From: an uncultured cyanobacterium | GTDB taxonomy: Bacteria; Cyanobacteriota; Cyanobacteriia; Pseudanabaenales; Pseudanabaenaceae | Reading direction: 5' to 3' | DNA length: 64,000 nucleotides | Assembly: GCA_963703315.1 (NCBI GenBank) | Contig: OY969811.1 | Coordinates: 2,496,001-2,560,000, forward strand | In this document: in pieces, positions 21,198 through 30,956 of the stretch | Position numbering within the stretch: position 1 is the stretch's first letter | Layout of the letters: each line of letters opens with the position of its first letter | Position numbers and translations under genes: made by a program | Notes under the pieces: model-generated | Seen by the model: only the letters and a program-made list of their open reading frames with translations | Told to the model about the DNA's origin: nothing | The model's database searches: none

Positions 21198-21708
21198 AAA
21201 GATCGCAATACTCGCCCCTAGGTGTATTAAAGTCCCCTGACTTGCCCCCACTTTTATGGATCAATCTTGTGTTTGAGATGATCATCGTCTTTTCGAGGGA
21301 CTTTGCCATGTCGTAAATGGTGAGAGCTGCGATCGTCGCGGCAGTTAGAGCTTCCATCTCCACTCCAGTCTCAGCTTTAGTTTTGACCTCTGCTTCGATC
21401 TGATAACCAGGAATATTTTCATCTAGCATAATCCTGACATCCACATTAGTTAAATTAAGTGGATGACACATAGGTATGAGATTGGCTGTTTGTTTCGCTG
21501 CCATAATTCCTGCTAGTCTTGCTGTACCTAAAACATCTCCTTTAGGTAAGTTTCCTGCTTGAATGGCATCCAACGTTGTTGTTTGCATGGATATTTCGCA
21601 TATAGCGATCGCCCGTCGTACCGTTTGCGGCTTGTGAGTCACATCCACCATCTGAGCCTTACCACTTTGATCCAGATGAGTGAGTGACTGAAGAGTATCC
21701 GTATCCAT
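21196..21708 (-). CDS. moaC: Cyclic pyranopterin monophosphate synthase
   Basis: [33 protein letters not shown] and KSGGKSG. Confidence 0.95.
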   Translation of the reverse strand: MDTDTLQSLTHLDQSGKAQMVDVTHKPQTVRRAIAICEISMQTTTLDAIQAGNLPKGDVLGTARLAGIMAAKQTANLIPMCHPLNLTNVDVRIMLDENIPGYQIEAEVKTKAETGVEMEALTAATIAALTIYDMAKSLEKTMIISNTRLIHKSGGKSGDFNTPRGEYCDL

Positions 21709-21727
21709 ATAAAAAATTACCTGAATT

Positions 21728-22294
21728 ATGACTGAGACTGCGAAGATCGATTTTTATATCAATAGCCTTGAGCAAACCCAAGCGATCGCTATCCAACTTG
21801 CCCAACTAGTTCCCGCAGGTACAATTATGCTGCTGGAAGGTAATCTTGGTAGTGGCAAAACCACTTTTATGCAAGCTTTTGGTCATGCTCTTGGCATTAG
21901 CACAACGATCACTAGTCCCACATTTACATTGATTGATGAATATACCGAGGGGCAATTGCCCCTATATCATATTGATCTCTATCGCCTAGAGCCATCTCAA
22001 GTTCCTAGTTTGCACCTAGAAGAGTATTGGCGAGGTGAAGATTTTCCGCTTGGTATTGTAGCGATCGAATGGGCAAGTAAATTAATAAATATGCCGCCAC
22101 ACTATCTCAAGATCAACCTCTCAGTACCCAGCCCAACATCTCTATTGAGTGAAAAAGATCTCAATCATCATCTAGATGATGAATTTGTAGAAGACTTGCC
22201 CAGCGATCGCCTAATTCAACTAATAGCGCAAGGCGCAATCTATATTGAGATTCTTAAGCAACTCCAACGTAAAATGGCGGCTAAATTTGCTTAA
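21728..22294 (+). CDS. tsaE: tRNA threonylcarbamoyladenosine biosynthesis ATPase
   Basis: [22 protein letters not shown] and IEW. Confidence 0.93.
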   Translation: MTETAKIDFYINSLEQTQAIAIQLAQLVPAGTIMLLEGNLGSGKTTFMQAFGHALGISTTITSPTFTLIDEYTEGQLPLYHIDLYRLEPSQVPSLHLEEYWRGEDFPLGIVAIEWASKLINMPPHYLKINLSVPSPTSLLSEKDLNHHLDDEFVEDLPSDRLIQLIAQGAIYIEILKQLQRKMAAKFA

Positions 22295-22470
22295 CTGTTT
22301 TTATCTTGATGGTCAGATAAATCTGTTTCACCATGCCCCTTAACTTCATCTTGAAAACCTCGCAACGCTTGTCCAACACTGCGACCAATTTCAGGGATAC
22401 GCTTAGCCCCAAAAATTGCCACACCCACAAGCGAAATTACAACTAACTCTGGCCAACCAATTCCAAACAT
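22291..22470 (-). CDS. tatA: Twin-arginine translocase TatA/E subunit (absent from the ORF track)
   Basis: Translated by hand: [59 protein letters not shown] (59 aa). GAGGAG upstream. Confidence 0.92.
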   Translation of the reverse strand: MFGIGWPELVVISLVGVAIFGAKRIPEIGRSVGQALRGFQDEVKGHGETDLSDHQDKNS

Positions 22471-22548
22471 TTTTCTTTCATCTCCTCAAATGCATCTGCT
22501 ATTCTTTTATTCTCTACGCAAATGACAAATAAGCGAATCTAAAAAATA

Positions 22549-23076
22549 ATGGAATCAACCATTACTTGGACACTGGGTAGTAATGATCCTGATGCCGAAG
22601 CAAATCTTGCTCGCATCGCTCAATGGTGGGCAGCCCTTGCGAATCAGGAAATCATTTGGCAACAACGTCCCTTAAATGAGAATACAGACCGATCTGCGAT
22701 CGATTGGAGTAAACAAGCACTCGATGAAACCTTTGTAGTGCAATCTCCTTCACTGCGGGGGATTACCCTCTATTGGTACAAACCTAGCAGTCCAGACGAA
22801 CGCAATATCACCGTCAACTACCTCCAACTAGATCTCTTTAATCAACAGTTAGACATATTGCCATCGTCAGGCAAAAATTATCAACTTCGCATTACCCTGC
22901 CGAAGATTGTCTACCAAAAAATCCAAATCACCGATCCCCAATTTGGTAGCATCCTTCAACCCAATGGCGATGCAGTCATCCTGTTTCGCGATGAAAAGCA
23001 GCGTCTAGAAATTCAAGTTGATTTAAGTGCCGTAAACGCCGCACTACTTCAACAAAAGTTATCATCCTCACAGTAA
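22549..23076 (+). CDS. Hypothetical protein
   Basis: 175-aa ORF filling the space; no motif recognised. Confidence 0.7.
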   Translation: MESTITWTLGSNDPDAEANLARIAQWWAALANQEIIWQQRPLNENTDRSAIDWSKQALDETFVVQSPSLRGITLYWYKPSSPDERNITVNYLQLDLFNQQLDILPSSGKNYQLRITLPKIVYQKIQITDPQFGSILQPNGDAVILFRDEKQRLEIQVDLSAVNAALLQQKLSSSQ

Positions 23077-23095
23077 GTACCGTGCATCACAGGCA

Positions 23096-23265
23096 TAGTG
23101 AATAATTAGTGGTGCTGGCTTTGCCGCACACCATTAATTATTCACTTTATAAATAACACCTATAAAAAAAAGTTTTGCTTACCCAGAAAGAGAGTGGCGG
23201 CGCGGAGCGCCGCCACTCTCTTTCTGGGTTTTAGTTTGTACTAGCTAACTCTTTTTTTTGCTATA
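23096..23265. repeat. Two palindromic repeats; 23161-23265 is an uninterrupted relative of the 17601 element
   Basis: acccagaaagagagtggcggcgc-GGA-gcgccgccactctctttctgggt; a single TTGTAC at 23236-23241. Confidence 0.85.
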
Positions 23266-23396
23266 TTCTTTCAGTGGAAAAGGAGTAGTCTTAGTTAATA
23301 TTAGTGAAGTACGGAATATCTTAATGAAATCTAACCTATGCTTTGCCCTATGATTTGTGCATATTTGGCAAACAAATTTGACTTGCGGGTAAATCT

Positions 23397-23882
23397 ATGG
23401 CACTTCAAGAACTCCCACCTCCAATTAGTCCCCGTCAGCTAGATATTCTTCGTGCAGTTGCCGCAATGGCTTGGGCTGATGGCAAACTGGAACCCGATGA
23501 AATACGTCTAATGCTTGATGAATTTGCCGTACTCTTTTCTAAGACTGATGCAGAGCAAAGCTCCCTAAAAACCAGACTTAAAGAATACTTAGGGCAAAAT
23601 ATTCCCTTAGAAGAAGTTGTTCCTAACATCAAAAGTATTGAAGATCGCAAGCTAACCCTAAAACTTGGATATCAAGTCATCCAAGCCAGCCGTCGTAATC
23701 CTGATGAGCCACTTGTCAATATTGATGAAGCTGCTGCTTATCAAAGATTAGTCAGGATTTTAGATCTTCCTCCCCAAGTCGTAGCGGATATTGAAGCATC
23801 GATTATCCCACCCGACGAATCTCAGCCTAACGGCATAATTAAAGCATTAGCATTTAGACTGCATAAATTACTGAGTATTTAG
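23397..23882 (+). CDS. TerB-family protein
   Basis: AMAWADGKLEPDE motif. Confidence 0.8.
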   Translation: MALQELPPPISPRQLDILRAVAAMAWADGKLEPDEIRLMLDEFAVLFSKTDAEQSSLKTRLKEYLGQNIPLEEVVPNIKSIEDRKLTLKLGYQVIQASRRNPDEPLVNIDEAAAYQRLVRILDLPPQVVADIEASIIPPDESQPNGIIKALAFRLHKLLSI

Positions 23883-24007
23883 GAACTGATGTGATTTTCC
23901 TAAGTTTTTATGCTTAGAATCAACAATTCTCGTCACAAACTCAGTATAGAGTGATAAATTACAGCGAAGATTTACAATAAAAATTTTAAGGTCTACGAGC
24001 AGCTACT

Positions 24008-24700
24008 ATGCGGGATGGAACTGATCTTCAGCAAAAAATTATGTCTGCCCCATTTTTTATGGGGCTGCCTGATGAGGCAGTGATAAGGGCTACTGCCCAC
24101 ATGGTGACGCGCTCTCACCCAGCCGATCAAGTAATTTTGCTAGAAAACGATTGGGGTAATTCGGTTTACTTCATCTTGAGCGGCTGGGCAAAAATTCGTA
24201 CCTACAATCTTGATGGCAAAGAAATCACCCTCAACATCTTAGGCTTTGGTGAAATGTTTGGCGAAATGGCTCCACTTGATCAAGTACCACGCTCAACCGA
24301 TGTCATCACCCTTACTCCGACAACTATTGGTAGCCTTCCTGCTTCTGATTTTGTGCATCTGATCGAAACAGAGCCAACCGCAGGAATACATCTAGCAAGG
24401 CTCATGGCTAAACGTTTACGTCAAGTTAATCGTCGATTGCGCTTGCGTGAAGCTGATAGTACTTCTCGTGTTGCTGATGTTTTACTCTTCTTGGCAGAAG
24501 GTCAAGGAACTAAGGTGAATACTGGATTAGAAATTCCGAATTTACCTCATCGTGAACTTAGTAGTCTGAGTGGTCTGGCTAGGGAAACTGTAACTCGCGT
24601 ATTAGGTAAGCTAGAACGTAAAAACTTGATTCAGCGTATTCCCGATCGCGATGTGTTGTGCATTCTTAATCCTGAAGGATTAGAAGCATTAATGGTTTAA
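24008..24700 (+). CDS. Crp/Fnr-family transcriptional regulator
   Basis: cNMP domain FGEMA..PRS; HTH ELSSLSGLARETVTRVL. Confidence 0.9.
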   Translation: MRDGTDLQQKIMSAPFFMGLPDEAVIRATAHMVTRSHPADQVILLENDWGNSVYFILSGWAKIRTYNLDGKEITLNILGFGEMFGEMAPLDQVPRSTDVITLTPTTIGSLPASDFVHLIETEPTAGIHLARLMAKRLRQVNRRLRLREADSTSRVADVLLFLAEGQGTKVNTGLEIPNLPHRELSSLSGLARETVTRVLGKLERKNLIQRIPDRDVLCILNPEGLEALMV

Positions 24701-24775
24701 ATCAATGGGTGACGCAAAGCGATACCTGTTGATCTGTTATTATTAGGCTCGTTATTTGGTAGGTAAAAAGTATAA

Positions 24776-26170
24776 ATGCTGAATCCAGTTGATTTCAGCG
24801 GTAGACCCTTTCATTTTGTGGGTATCGGTGGCATCGGTATGTCAGCGATCGCTTATATATTAGCAAAGCAGGGATTTACGGTTTCTGGCTCGGATCTTAG
24901 TAGCAATCGCATCACTCAAAAGCTACAGGATCTTGGTGTCAAGGTCTTTAAAGGACATCATGCAGACAATATTGATTTGACTAGCGCACCGCAAATTGTC
25001 TGTTCTACTGCTATAAATCAACAAAATCCTGAATTTCAAGTAGCTCTAGCGAATGGGTTACCTATTTTGCATCGTTCGGATTTGTTAGCTGCTTTGATTG
25101 AGCAGTTTCAGGGGATTTCGATCGCAGGAACTCATGGCAAAACCACAACTAGCAGTTTGGTTGGTTTTTTGTTGCTTAAAGCTGGTGTTGACCCCAGCAT
25201 TATTATTGGTGGCGAGGTCAGTGCATGGCAGGGCAATGCTCGTCTTGGTAATGGCAAATATTTGGTTGCGGAAGCTGATGAGTCTGACGGGACTTTGGTG
25301 AAATTTTTATCTCATATCGGCGTAATCACCAATATTGAGCTAGATCACCCCGATCATTACCAAAGTCTTGGACAGGTAATTGATATTTTTCAAGCCTTTG
25401 CTAAACGCTGTGAAGTGGTAATTGGTTCCCTTGATTGCCCAACCGTAAAAGAACATATTCATCTAGATGTCACCTATAGCTTGAATGAGCCTAATGCTGA
25501 CTATACGGTGACTGATATAAAGTACAACCCTTCGGATACTCAAGCAGTAGTGATTGAGCGTGGTCAGCCTTTAGGCAAAATTTCCTTGGGACTGCTGGGC
25601 AAACATAACCTGAGCAATGCTCTAGCCGCGATCGCTGTAGTTCGTTATATTGGCGTTGAGTGGCAAGCGATCGCTGATGCGTTACCAGATTTTGTTGGTG
25701 CTAGCCGCCGATTTGAAATTAAAGGTGTTCAGAACGGTATTACGTTTGTTGATGACTATGCTCATCATCCTAGCGAAATCATTGCCACTCTCGCTTCAGC
25801 TAGACAACAAAATACGAACAGTCGCGTTGTTGCTATTTTTCAGCCCCATCGCTACAGCCGCACCCTCAAATTTTTGTCAGAATTTAGCCATTCTTTTACT
25901 GATGCCGATGTAGTTGTTGTTACTGACATCTATGCTGCTAGTGAACCAAATGATGGCAAAATTACAGGCGCTCAGGTTGCCGAAGCGATCGCCTCGATAC
26001 GTGGTCAGGTACATTACCAACCCACCCTCAAAGATGTGCAATCATTTTTAGCAAAGAATTTACAATCAGGTGATCTCGCAGTATTTCTGGGTGCAGGAAA
26101 TCTCAATCAAGCGATTGCTCCAACAATACAGGATATAGAAGAATTGCGAAGCAATTCTTCTATATCCTAA
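24776..26170 (+). CDS. murC: UDP-N-acetylmuramate--L-alanine ligase
   Basis: GIGGIGMS, GTHGKTTT, EADESD, DDYAHHP and FQPHRYSR. Confidence 0.96.
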   Translation: MLNPVDFSGRPFHFVGIGGIGMSAIAYILAKQGFTVSGSDLSSNRITQKLQDLGVKVFKGHHADNIDLTSAPQIVCSTAINQQNPEFQVALANGLPILHRSDLLAALIEQFQGISIAGTHGKTTTSSLVGFLLLKAGVDPSIIIGGEVSAWQGNARLGNGKYLVAEADESDGTLVKFLSHIGVITNIELDHPDHYQSLGQVIDIFQAFAKRCEVVIGSLDCPTVKEHIHLDVTYSLNEPNADYTVTDIKYNPSDTQAVVIERGQPLGKISLGLLGKHNLSNALAAIAVVRYIGVEWQAIADALPDFVGASRRFEIKGVQNGITFVDDYAHHPSEIIATLASARQQNTNSRVVAIFQPHRYSRTLKFLSEFSHSFTDADVVVVTDIYAASEPNDGKITGAQVAEAIASIRGQVHYQPTLKDVQSFLAKNLQSGDLAVFLGAGNLNQAIAPTIQDIEELRSNSSIS

Positions 26171-26186
26171 TCACCTAGTTTTTTCC

Positions 26187-27110
26187 ATGCCCATGTCAGT
26201 CGATCTCCAAACATCAATTCGTGAAAATGTATCTCTCGCAGGACTAACCTCCATGCGAGTTGGTGGTGCAGCCGAATACTTTATTTCCCCACGCACATCT
26301 ACCGAATTAGCAGAGAGTCTGGCTTGGGCAAGCGATCGCCATTTACCAATTACGATTATCGGTGCGGGAAGCAACCTCTTAATTAGCGATGAAGGCTTGG
26401 CAGGTTTAGTAGTTTGTACTCGCCATGTACGCGGTATTGATTTTGATGTAGCCTCTGGACAAGTTACTGCTGCCGCAGGAGAACCAGTTGCCCGTTTAGC
26501 GATGCAAATTGCTAGTCATGGTTGGACTGGTTTTGAATGGGCAGTGGGAATTCCTGGTACGGTGGGAGGATTAGTAGTCATGAATGCTGGGGCGCAGGGA
26601 GGCTGTGCTGCTGATTGTGTAGTGGAAGTGCAGACAGTAACCTTGACGGGTAAGACTGAGCTAATTTATCCTCAAGACTTAAATTTTAGCTACCGTACAT
26701 CATCTCTACAGCATCACGGAGATCAACTTGCAGATCAAAAATTGCAACGGCTGGTTACAGGCGCAACCTTAAAGTTTCAGACTGGTGGCGATCCACAGGC
26801 GATCGCGCAGAATACAGAATCAAAACTGAAAGCAAGACACAACACTCAGCCCTATCACTTACCCAACTGCGGTAGTGTTTTTCGCAATCCTTTACCTCAG
26901 TTTGCTGCACGCCTAATTCAAGATGCAGGGCTTAAGGGTTATCAAATTGGCAATGCCCAAGTCTCAGAATTACACGCTAACTTCATCGTTAATCTTGGTA
27001 ATGCCAAAGCTAGAGATATTTTCAGTATTATTCAACACATTAAAGCTGTAATTAGCGATCGCTATGGTGTGTTACTGGAAACCGAAGTTAAAATGATCGG
27101 TCATTTCTAA
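26187..27110 (+). CDS. murB: UDP-N-acetylmuramate dehydrogenase
   Basis: GAGSNLL, GIPGTVGG..MNAGA, GSVFRNP and HANFIVN. Confidence 0.95.
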   Translation: MPMSVDLQTSIRENVSLAGLTSMRVGGAAEYFISPRTSTELAESLAWASDRHLPITIIGAGSNLLISDEGLAGLVVCTRHVRGIDFDVASGQVTAAAGEPVARLAMQIASHGWTGFEWAVGIPGTVGGLVVMNAGAQGGCAADCVVEVQTVTLTGKTELIYPQDLNFSYRTSSLQHHGDQLADQKLQRLVTGATLKFQTGGDPQAIAQNTESKLKARHNTQPYHLPNCGSVFRNPLPQFAARLIQDAGLKGYQIGNAQVSELHANFIVNLGNAKARDIFSIIQHIKAVISDRYGVLLETEVKMIGHF

Positions 27111-27177
27111 ATAATTCTAAACATCAGGGGCTTGTCAGCGATCGCATAGAACTATAGATAGATTTAACATTTAACTA

Positions 27178-27206
27178 TTTACATTACTCAATAATTCCAC
27201 TAATGT
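27178..27206 (+). promoter_or_regulatory. Putative sigma70-type psbA promoter
   Basis: TTTACA - 17 bp - TAATGT about 80 nt upstream of the ATG. Confidence 0.5.
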
Positions 27207-27285
27207 TGTTTACATAAGCGAAAGCTTAAACATATTTTTCAACTTTTCATAACTTATACATTCCCTTAGGGTTTTATTTGCAATC

Positions 27286-28368
27286 ATGACAACAGCAGTA
27301 CAAAGACGCGAAAGCGCTTCGATCTGGGATCAGTTTTGCAGTTGGATCACCAGCACCGACAACCGCCTCTATGTAGGCTGGTTCGGCGTAATCATGATCC
27401 CCTGCCTACTCGCAGCAACCATTTGCTTCGTAATCGCCTTCATCGCCGCACCTCCCGTTGACATCGACGGTATCCGCGAACCAGTAGCAGGTTCCTTGCT
27501 ATTTGGTAACAACATGATTTCTGGCGCAGTCGTACCATCCTCTAACGCGATTGGCCTGCACTTTTACCCCATTTGGGAAGCAGATAGCCTCGACGAATGG
27601 CTATACAACGGTGGTCCTTACCAATTGGTAGTATTCCACTTCCTACTCGGCATTTTCTGCTACATGGGTCGTGAATGGGAATTGTCTTACCGCCTCGGTA
27701 TGCGTCCTTGGATCGCAGTTGCTTACTCTGCACCAGTAGCAGCAGCAACCGCAGTATTCTTGATCTACCCAATCGGACAAGGCTCTTTCTCTGACGGTAT
27801 GCCTTTGGGTATCTCTGGTACTTTCAACTTCATGATCGTATTCCAAGCAGAACACAACATCTTGATGCATCCTTTCCATATGTTGGGAGTAGCAGGTGTA
27901 TTCGGCGGTTCATTGTTCAGTGCCATGCACGGTTCATTGGTAACCTCCAGCTTGATTCGTGAAACCACTGAAAACGAAAGCCAAAACGCTGGTTACAAGT
28001 TCGGACAAGAAGAAGAAACCTACAACATCGTTGCCGCTCACGGTTACTTCGGTCGTTTGATTTTCCAATACGCTTCTTTCAACAACAGCCGTCAATTGCA
28101 CTTCTTCTTGGCTCTATGGCCAGTAGTCGGCATTTGGTTCACTGCATTGGGTGTAAGCACAATGGCATTCAACTTGAACGGTTTCAACTTCAACCAGTCT
28201 ATCTCTGATAGCCAAGGTCGCGTTGTACCTAGCTGGGCAGATGTAATCAACCGCGCTAACTTGGGTATGGAAGTAATGCACGAGCGCAATGCTCACAACT
28301 TCCCTCTCGATTTGGCTGCTGTTGATGTTGCTCCTGTAGCAATGGCTGCTCCTGCTATCAACGGTTAA
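27286..28368 (+). CDS. psbA: Photosystem II D1 protein (E130 form)
   Basis: Standard 360-aa D1 with YMGREWE and [13 protein letters not shown]; strongly biased codons. Confidence 0.99.
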   Translation: MTTAVQRRESASIWDQFCSWITSTDNRLYVGWFGVIMIPCLLAATICFVIAFIAAPPVDIDGIREPVAGSLLFGNNMISGAVVPSSNAIGLHFYPIWEADSLDEWLYNGGPYQLVVFHFLLGIFCYMGREWELSYRLGMRPWIAVAYSAPVAAATAVFLIYPIGQGSFSDGMPLGISGTFNFMIVFQAEHNILMHPFHMLGVAGVFGGSLFSAMHGSLVTSSLIRETTENESQNAGYKFGQEEETYNIVAAHGYFGRLIFQYASFNNSRQLHFFLALWPVVGIWFTALGVSTMAFNLNGFNFNQSISDSQGRVVPSWADVINRANLGMEVMHERNAHNFPLDLAAVDVAPVAMAAPAING

Positions 28369-28406
28369 TCTAATCTAAGAATCTAATCTCTGATTTAGAT
28401 AGCTAG

Positions 28407-28458
28407 AAAGACAAATAAAAAAGTCTCCTCTTTTGAGGAGACTTTTTTATTTGTCTTT
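28407..28458 (+). terminator. Rho-independent terminator of psbA
   Basis: gtctcctc-tttt-gaggagac stem followed by a T-run, with extended arms. Confidence 0.85.
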
Positions 28459-28466
28459 TACATTGA

Positions 28467-28512
28467 CTCAGAAGCGAATTGCGGCGCTTTGCGTCTCAAT
28501 TCGCTTCTGAGT
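28467..28512. repeat. Palindromic intergenic repeat
   Basis: actcagaagcgaattg...caattcgcttctgagt with GC-TTT-GC loop. Confidence 0.8.
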
Positions 28513-28575
28513 TGTATACTACTTGGCTATAGCTATAGGTTGCTATGATAGTTAATAAACAACTTAAAAAAGCTT

Positions 28576-29940
28576 ATGTCATCAGCACTTAGTGTAGAAA
28601 AATTAGTCTCCGATGCTAAAGAGACTGCTAGCAAATTAGAAATTAAAAAATTTGATATTTATGGTGCGATCGTCGATGAAATTAGTGCTGAAGTTGATAG
28701 TGGTGAACCCAAACAAGTTTCTGCATCCAATCGGGCGAGTATCACTGTACGAGTCTGGAATGATGAGGGGACGGTTGGCGTAACTTCTACTACGAATATC
28801 GATCGCATTGGCTTAGAACTTGCTCTCCAAAGCGCCCATGAAGCTAGTTTCTTCGGTGCTAAAGAAAATATTCCTGATTTTAGTCCTGAAGCGATCGCCG
28901 ATATCCCAGAGCGCGAACCACAGACTGCACCACAAGCAGCGATCGAGAAACTTGTTGATACTCTTTTAGGTGCTGAAAAAGAATTGTTAGATGCTCATCC
29001 TGCGATCGCAGGAGTTCCTTACAACGGCTTATCTCAACGCGATCTCAATCGTTTCTATCTTAATAGTGATGGCGCAAGCCGCAATGAAAGCAGTTCCTAT
29101 AGTTCTATTTATCTCTATACCAAAACTGAAGAAGAAGATCGCAAACCTCGCAGCGCTGGGGCTTATCGTGTCAGCCGCGATTTCGCAAGTTTAGATGTCA
29201 ATGGTTGTATTCAGGAAACTGCTGAGAAAACTATTAGTCATTTGAACTACGACAAAATTAAATCTGGTAAATATTTAGTTGTATTTTCACCCGAAGCATT
29301 TTTGAGTTTGATTAGTGCTTTTTCTAGTCTATTCAATGCTCAAAGCATTCTTGATAAAAATAGTCTCTCTACACCTGAATCGATTGGCACTCAAATTGCT
29401 TCACCCTTGTTAAATGTGAGCGACGATGAGCTTCATGTAGGTAATATTGGAGCTTCTACCTTTGATGGTGAAGGAACTCCTACTCGTCGTATTCCCTTAA
29501 TTGTAAATGGAGTTTTAACTAATTTCTTGCATAGCTCGGTAACAGCGAAACGCTTAAATGCTCAGCCAACAGGTAATGGCAGTGTGGGTGCAAAGGTTTC
29601 GGTGAGTCCCAACTTTTTCCATATTGAACGGAGTAGTGCGGCTAATGCAAGTAATGAGAAAGTGCATGATTTAGCAACAGCAGAAAATGTGATTCTAATT
29701 GATGATTTGCAAGCGCTCCATGCAGGTGTCCAAGCTTCGCAGGGTTCTTTCTCGCTGCCCTTTGATGGCTGGATTGTCAATAAAGGCGATCGCGTGAGTG
29801 TTGAGTCGGCAACGGTGGCTGGCGATATCTTGGAATTGCTGAAGGCGATCGTCTATGTTGAGCCTGAAGTAAAAGTTACGCCTTCAGGTGTTGCACCCCA
29901 AGTTTGGGTAGAAGGTTTATCGATTACAGGTGAAGCTTAA
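28576..29940 (+). CDS. pmbA: TldD/PmbA-family protein (PmbA-like)
   Basis: FDGEGTPT, GSFSLP and TVAGDILELL; no HExxxH, as expected for PmbA. Confidence 0.82.
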   Translation: MSSALSVEKLVSDAKETASKLEIKKFDIYGAIVDEISAEVDSGEPKQVSASNRASITVRVWNDEGTVGVTSTTNIDRIGLELALQSAHEASFFGAKENIPDFSPEAIADIPEREPQTAPQAAIEKLVDTLLGAEKELLDAHPAIAGVPYNGLSQRDLNRFYLNSDGASRNESSSYSSIYLYTKTEEEDRKPRSAGAYRVSRDFASLDVNGCIQETAEKTISHLNYDKIKSGKYLVVFSPEAFLSLISAFSSLFNAQSILDKNSLSTPESIGTQIASPLLNVSDDELHVGNIGASTFDGEGTPTRRIPLIVNGVLTNFLHSSVTAKRLNAQPTGNGSVGAKVSVSPNFFHIERSSAANASNEKVHDLATAENVILIDDLQALHAGVQASQGSFSLPFDGWIVNKGDRVSVESATVAGDILELLKAIVYVEPEVKVTPSGVAPQVWVEGLSITGEA

Positions 29941-29941
29941 A

Positions 29942-29975
29942 AGCAAATCAAGCGTGCTATGCACGCTTGATTTGC
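29942..29975. terminator. Hairpin between convergent genes
   Basis: agcaaatcaagcgtgc-TAT-gcacgcttgatttgct. Confidence 0.7.
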
Positions 29976-29983
29976 TGATTTGG

Positions 29984-30367
29984 TTATTTCTTAGCGTTTT
30001 CTAAGTTGACATTGGACATCTTAGCGCCCTCAAAGAGAGTCTCTTGCAAATTTGCCCAACTTAGATTCGCGCCACGCAAATCTGCCCCACGCAGATCAGC
30101 TTTGCGTAGATCTGCACCCTTGAGATTGGCGTGACGTAAATTTGCCCGATGCAGATCAGCGCTGTTTAAATTGGCATAGCTTAAATCTGCGCCAGTGAGG
30201 TTGGCTCTGCATAGCTTCGCCGATGTCAAATTAGCTTTGCTCATTAGTGCATGACTAAAATCGATCTTATGGAGGTCGATCGCTTGCAAATCTGCTCCCA
30301 CAAGAGCGACATTAGAAAACGCTCTCCGCCCCGCTCGATATAGTTGAACAAATTCTCTAGAGTCCAT
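29984..30367 (-). CDS. Pentapeptide repeat protein
   Basis: A(D/N)Lxx repeats with YxAGRRxF leader. Confidence 0.9.
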   Translation of the reverse strand: MDSREFVQLYRAGRRAFSNVALVGADLQAIDLHKIDFSHALMSKANLTSAKLCRANLTGADLSYANLNSADLHRANLRHANLKGADLRKADLRGADLRGANLSWANLQETLFEGAKMSNVNLENAKK

Positions 30368-30465
30368 TAATTGATTAGCCTAGTCAATGATTAAATGATG
30401 GTTGGATTAACAACCTTTAAAAGCCTTGCCTAACAAAATTTTTAGTTAATATCTCAAAATCTATA

Positions 30466-30846
30466 TTAACCCTCAAACGAGTCGAGATCTAAGGCGGCTG
30501 ATCCCCCACGTTCGAGTTCTATTAACATTTTCCCTAATTGTCTCCACACAAGTAGTGCAATGCCAAGAGTGACAGGAAGGGCAACGATATATCCAAATAA
30601 GCTAGGAAAGCCAAATACTTCCAGTCCTGTGGACATAAATATGGCAATACTAATTGTCATACCGAGGTAAGGCACTTTAATACTGGCGCTTTTGAGTTCT
30701 AGCATGGTACGAGAGGACCTACTCTTTGACCAAACACTGACCAAATTGCGGAGGGTCACTTCAAAGGCTCTTCCACAGGCAAGTCCAGCAACAAGGGAAA
30801 CTAAAAACAAAAAATAGGGAGGATCAGAAGGAAAGTAATAATTCAC
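30466..30846 (-). CDS. Hypothetical membrane protein
   Basis: 126 aa, three hydrophobic segments, GTG start. Confidence 0.7.
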   Translation of the reverse strand: MNYYFPSDPPYFLFLVSLVAGLACGRAFEVTLRNLVSVWSKSRSSRTMLELKSASIKVPYLGMTISIAIFMSTGLEVFGFPSLFGYIVALPVTLGIALLVWRQLGKMLIELERGGSAALDLDSFEG

Positions 30847-30956
30847 AGGTATATAAACTTATTGCAGTATGTTTTTATCTTAATGCGTTCTTAAGCCTTT
30901 ATAGCGATTTTCATTTTGCCTGCCGCAAAATGAAAATCGCAAACCCTCTGTTGAAT

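Noticed and set aside
27542..28296. Antisense ORFs within psbA
   Set aside because: A by-product of strong codon bias in a highly expressed gene.
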